From contig NC_091995.1 in assembly GCF_044704955.1 (NCBI RefSeq), positions 45,756,001-45,820,000 on the forward strand: a stretch of DNA of 64,000 bases, written 5' to 3'. A program made the translations under genes and the position numbers. Shown here piece by piece: positions 60,343 through 64,000 of this stretch. The notes under the pieces are model-generated. The model had not been told where the DNA came from. It did no database searches and worked only from the letters and a program-made list of their open reading frames with translations. The DNA comes from Pristiophorus japonicus. Its lineage: Eukaryota. The stretch's first letter is position 1; each line of letters begins with the position of its first letter.

Positions 60343-61554
60343 TTCACGGTTTAGGGACAGTCCTTGACAACCAGTGACGGATCCACATGTTTTACTGCGA
60401 TTGGACGTGAGCTCCTGCAGCGACCACATATGAGTGAAGCTGGGCTCGGGTCCATTCAAAGCGCTCAGTCTCGGCCTGTAACTGGGAGAGGCGGCGAGCG
60501 GACGGGACGGCATGTTTCTGTCACTTGTACTGAGCTTCCACCACCTACAAGCGGCCCTGTCTGGTGAGTAGCCGGTTCCCGCTGCACTATTCAATGTCTA
60601 CAGACTCACCCTCTGATCTTAGACTGGGACGGGCAGGCCTGTGGGTTACATCAGGTGTTTCACAAAGGGAGACGGGCTGGTGTGTGCGGCAGTGAAGCGA
60701 TGGAGCCGGATTGCAATCTCCATCCTGTTTCTCAGCCTCGCCTCTCTCTTTGGTTGGATTAGATGGTGTCCATCACTGTCCAGACAGCCTGACATTGCCG
60801 CCCAGTTATTGGGGCAGCTTCCATATTGACCCTGGCCAGCCGGAGGGGGACTGACAGTGTGTGCCCGCACAGCGGGCTTGTGGGTAGGGAAGTGTCAGTA
60901 TAACTGCGATCCCAGTCCCGGCCTGACCCCCTGAGTGACCAGGAGCCCAGCGGCGAGACTCCTGCAGGAACGTGGCTCGGTCGCTTCGAGTTCACACTCC
61001 AGCCGGCGGGAAGCTGCATTTTAAAAGCTTCATTGTACCACTTGGGAACTTGAAAACCTTTTAAAGCTTCCGATCAATGAGACAAATCATTAAACATAGA
61101 GGGGGAGGGATTGATTTTAATCCCAGGGGAACCGGTGACAGCGATCCGGGAACCTCTTTTACGCCTTCCGATTCGCGTCAGGATGAAGCTTTGAGGCGAC
61201 CCGTACAGATTCTGGTGAAGTTTGATCTCTCAGGTTTACCCAGCTGTTTCTCTCAGACTGAGCCGCTGCATATTTGCAACATTTGCTGCTTTGATCAGAT
61301 TCCCACCATGTGCAGTTCCACTCGGGGAATGTTGACTCTGTGGATGGGGTGAAGTGGGCAACAGCGAGACCCGCCCGTTTCCCATCTTTCTCCCCGTTTC
61401 CCCCTTCTGTTGAGTCCAATGGTAGTAACACCCTGAAGCAATATAAAAGGGCTCACACTTCCCGCGCCTGAATAGTCACATTGAACAATCCATCTCCTGT
61501 GTCTGCACAGATAACACCAGTTCCAAAATGCTGCACGTTTGAATGGAAACAACA

Positions 61555-61755
61555 TTTGATCTCAGGTATAAAAACAGAAAATGCTGGAAATCTAAGCGGG
61601 TCAGGCAGCATCTGTGGGGAGTGAAACAGATTTAACGATTCAGGTCGATGACCCTTCGTCAGAACCACAGATGCTGCCTGACCCGCTGAGATTTTCAGCA
61701 TTTTCTGTTTTTATTTCAGGTTCCAGCATCCGCACTGTTTTGCTTTTGTATTTAA
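61555..61755. mobile_element. Fold-back Penelope terminal-repeat remnant with a mutated hammerhead (61630-61666, -)
   Basis: 61568-61617 is an inverted copy of 61665-61713; minus-strand loop reads CTGACGA-AGGGTCatcGACCT-GAAT. Confidence 0.75.
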
Positions 61756-61914
61756 CCTCAGGTCCCAGCACACCGTTAAAAGCTAAAATCTTTCAGGTTG
61801 AGCAATTAGATTTACCTGACAGATGTCCAACTCTTAACTGAATGTTTAATATATAATAACGTGTTTCAATATTCGTCATTTTCAAATATCTCAGAGTACT
61901 TTTCATTCGAGAAT

Positions 61915-62507
61915 AAAACAGAGAAGAAGAGAGAGGGAGGTAGAGAAGGAGAGCGGGAGAAAAAGACAGGAAAAGAGAGAGATCGTGAGAAAGAATGAGA
62001 GGCACAAATATAAGGATGAAATAAAAAGGAGCGATTCATTGAGGGAAAGAAATAGATAGAAATGGAGAGAGATACAATGAAAGTCAGAGAGATAGAGACA
62101 GGGAAAGAGAAAATGATAGAGACACAGATAAAAAGATATTGACAGCGGAGAGAGAGAAAGAGCAAGGGACAGTAATGTGTGTGAGAGAGACATGAGGAAA
62201 GAGGGAGAGAGAGAGTGAGAACGAGAATGAGACATGGATAAAGACAGGGACTGAGAGAGAACGTGAAATAGAAACAGAGTGAGAGAGAGGGAAAGAGAGA
62301 CAGAGAAAGAGAGGGAAAGAGAGAGGGAGGGAGACGGAGAGAGAGAGAGAGAAGGACAGACATATAGAGAAACAGGGAGAGTGAGGGAAACAAAGACAGA
62401 GACAGGTACAGAGAGGGAAAGATGAAGAAACAGAGTGAAAGAGACAGGGAGAAAAAGAGAGAGAGAGCAAGACAGAGAGATGAAAGAGGGGAGAGAGAGA
62501 AAGAGAG
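61915..62507. repeat. GA-rich low-complexity tract
   Basis: Purine-rich, degenerate (GA)n. Confidence 0.95.
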
Positions 62508-62850
62508 AGTTACAGGACTCCGTAAACCAGGGATACATTCCCGGCCCCGGTCTGAGCGAGTCTGTAACAGTTACAGGACTCCGTAAACCAGCGATGCATT
62601 ACAGGCCCGGTCTGAGGGAGTCTGTAACAGTTACAGGACTCAGTAAACCAGCGATACATTCCAGGCCTGGTCTGAGGGAGTCTGTAACAGTTACAGGACT
62701 CAGTAAACCAGCGATACATTCCAGGCCTGGTCTGAGGGAGTCTGTAACAGTTACAGGACTCAGTGAACCAGCGATACATTCCAGGCCCAGTGTGAGCGAG
62801 ACTGTAACAGTTACAGAACTCAGTAAACCAGGGATAGTTTCCAGGGCATA
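62508..62850. repeat. 60-bp minisatellite (~5.7 units)
   Basis: GTTACAGGACTCAGTAAACCAGCGATACATTCCAGGCCTGGTCTGAGGGAGTCTGTAACA repeated. Confidence 0.95.
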
Positions 62851-62986
62851 GCAATGCGCAAACTGGAAACATGAGCATCAACTGAAAATTGTAAAGATAC
62901 TCAGCACATCCTGCACCATGAGTGGAGAGATAAGGATAGTCTAGAAACTCAGCAATCAACTATGATATAATCTGCAGTAAAATTAT

Positions 62987-64000
62987 TGTAAAGTCCTGAC
63001 CCTGCAGTACAGACTTACATGAGGCACATGCTGAAGTCAAGGTCACTCTGGACCTGCACCTTTATTTCCCAGCTCTCGAGTGCCACACTTGCCTGAGACC
63101 TGCCTTTATATACCTATGTGGAACAGGTATGCAGTGTCTCCTGCAAGTGCACCCCTGGTGGTAAAGTATGCTTGTGGTTACAGGTCATATCTAGTTACAG
63201 TCATGTATAGCATGGTAAGATACAGTTATATACAGTACTGTGAGATACATGACATCACCCTCCCCCAAGGTCTTATTTTCTTTTAGATTCAGTCTCTCAG
63301 GTGGTCTATGCTCTCGCGTGGAGCGTCTTAGTAGTGGTTCAGTTGTTTGCCTTGGTGCCTGTTTTTTTTTCGGTGTGATTGCTGGTATCTCGCCTGGGCT
63401 GTCTGTTTCATTCAGTATGATTGCTGGTATCTCACCTGGGCTGTCTGTTTCGATTGGTGTGATTGTTGTTGACTCGCCTGGGCTGTCTGTTGGGATTGCC
63501 CTTTCCTCAGGTTATTCCCTCTGTCTGTCCACAGGTGTGGTGTGAGTTCCACATTGTAGTCTGCCTCTGGTTCTGCAGTGTTGTTGGTGAATCTACTTTT
63601 TACTTGGTCTACATGCGTCCGGCAGGTTTGGCCATTGTCCATTTGTACAACCAGCAGCCTGTTTCCTTCCTTGCCTGTTACTGTCCCTGCAAGCCATTTG
63701 GGATCCCTGCCATAGCTTAGCACAGACACTTTGTCCCCTATCTCATTCCACCTCCCCCTCGAATTTCGGTCATGGTACTCAGTTAGCTTCCGGCATTTTG
63801 CCTCAACAATTTCATGCATGTCTGGGAGGATTAACGAGAGCCTAGTCTTTAAGGTCCGTTTCATCAATAGTTGCGCAGGGGGAACCCCAGTCAATGAATG
63901 CGGACAAGATCTGTATGCCAGCAGCAATCGCGACAGGCGGCTCTGCAGCGTAGGACCTTGGATTTTTAGCATGCCTTGTTTAACGAATTGCACTGCTCGC
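62987..64000 (-). mobile_element. Ty3/Gypsy element 3: integrase C-terminus, PPT and 3' LTR (62987-63254); continues beyond the window
   Basis: AVQFVKQGMLKIQG..RLLLAYRSCPHSLTGVPPAQLLM..HVDQVK; minus-strand PPT GGGGGAGGG then TGTCATGTAT..TACA. Confidence 0.93.

Noticed and set aside
61866-62538. Hydrophobic Leu/Ser/Phe-rich 'membrane protein' ORFs
   Set aside because: Translation of the (TC)n strand of a low-complexity tract.

Overview
Eukaryotic, very repeat-dense vertebrate DNA. The TE mix (CR1 LINEs with (TTCTATGT)n tails, RTE/BovB-like LINEs, Mag-type Ty3/Gypsy LTR elements, Penelope-like elements, Deu-type tRNA-SINEs) suggests a cartilaginous fish; this is inference. The only recognisable host gene is a TRIM-family coiled-coil + PRY-SPRY (B30.2) gene on the + strand, with five exons at 17999-21221. 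No RING/B-box exon is visible in the window and one splice junction is out of phase, so it may be a pseudogene or a headless TRIM. The rest is nested, decayed mobile DNA and minisatellites. It includes a full-length RTE with a tandem-hairpin 5' leader (4370-9070), a Gypsy element inflated to 15 kb by CR1 insertions (21417-36405, TSD GTTAC), a second Gypsy (46366-50428, TSD CCGAC), a third cut by the window end, a SINE-headed LINE, and Penelope remnants with minimal hammerhead motifs. I see no prokaryotic system, CRISPR array or clearly new protein family. The best leads are the RTE leader, CTCF-like motifs in the LTRs, an extended tRNA-Ser PBS, the SINE-headed LINE, and the TRIM with a sense intronic hammerhead. 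Percent divergences are by-eye estimates.
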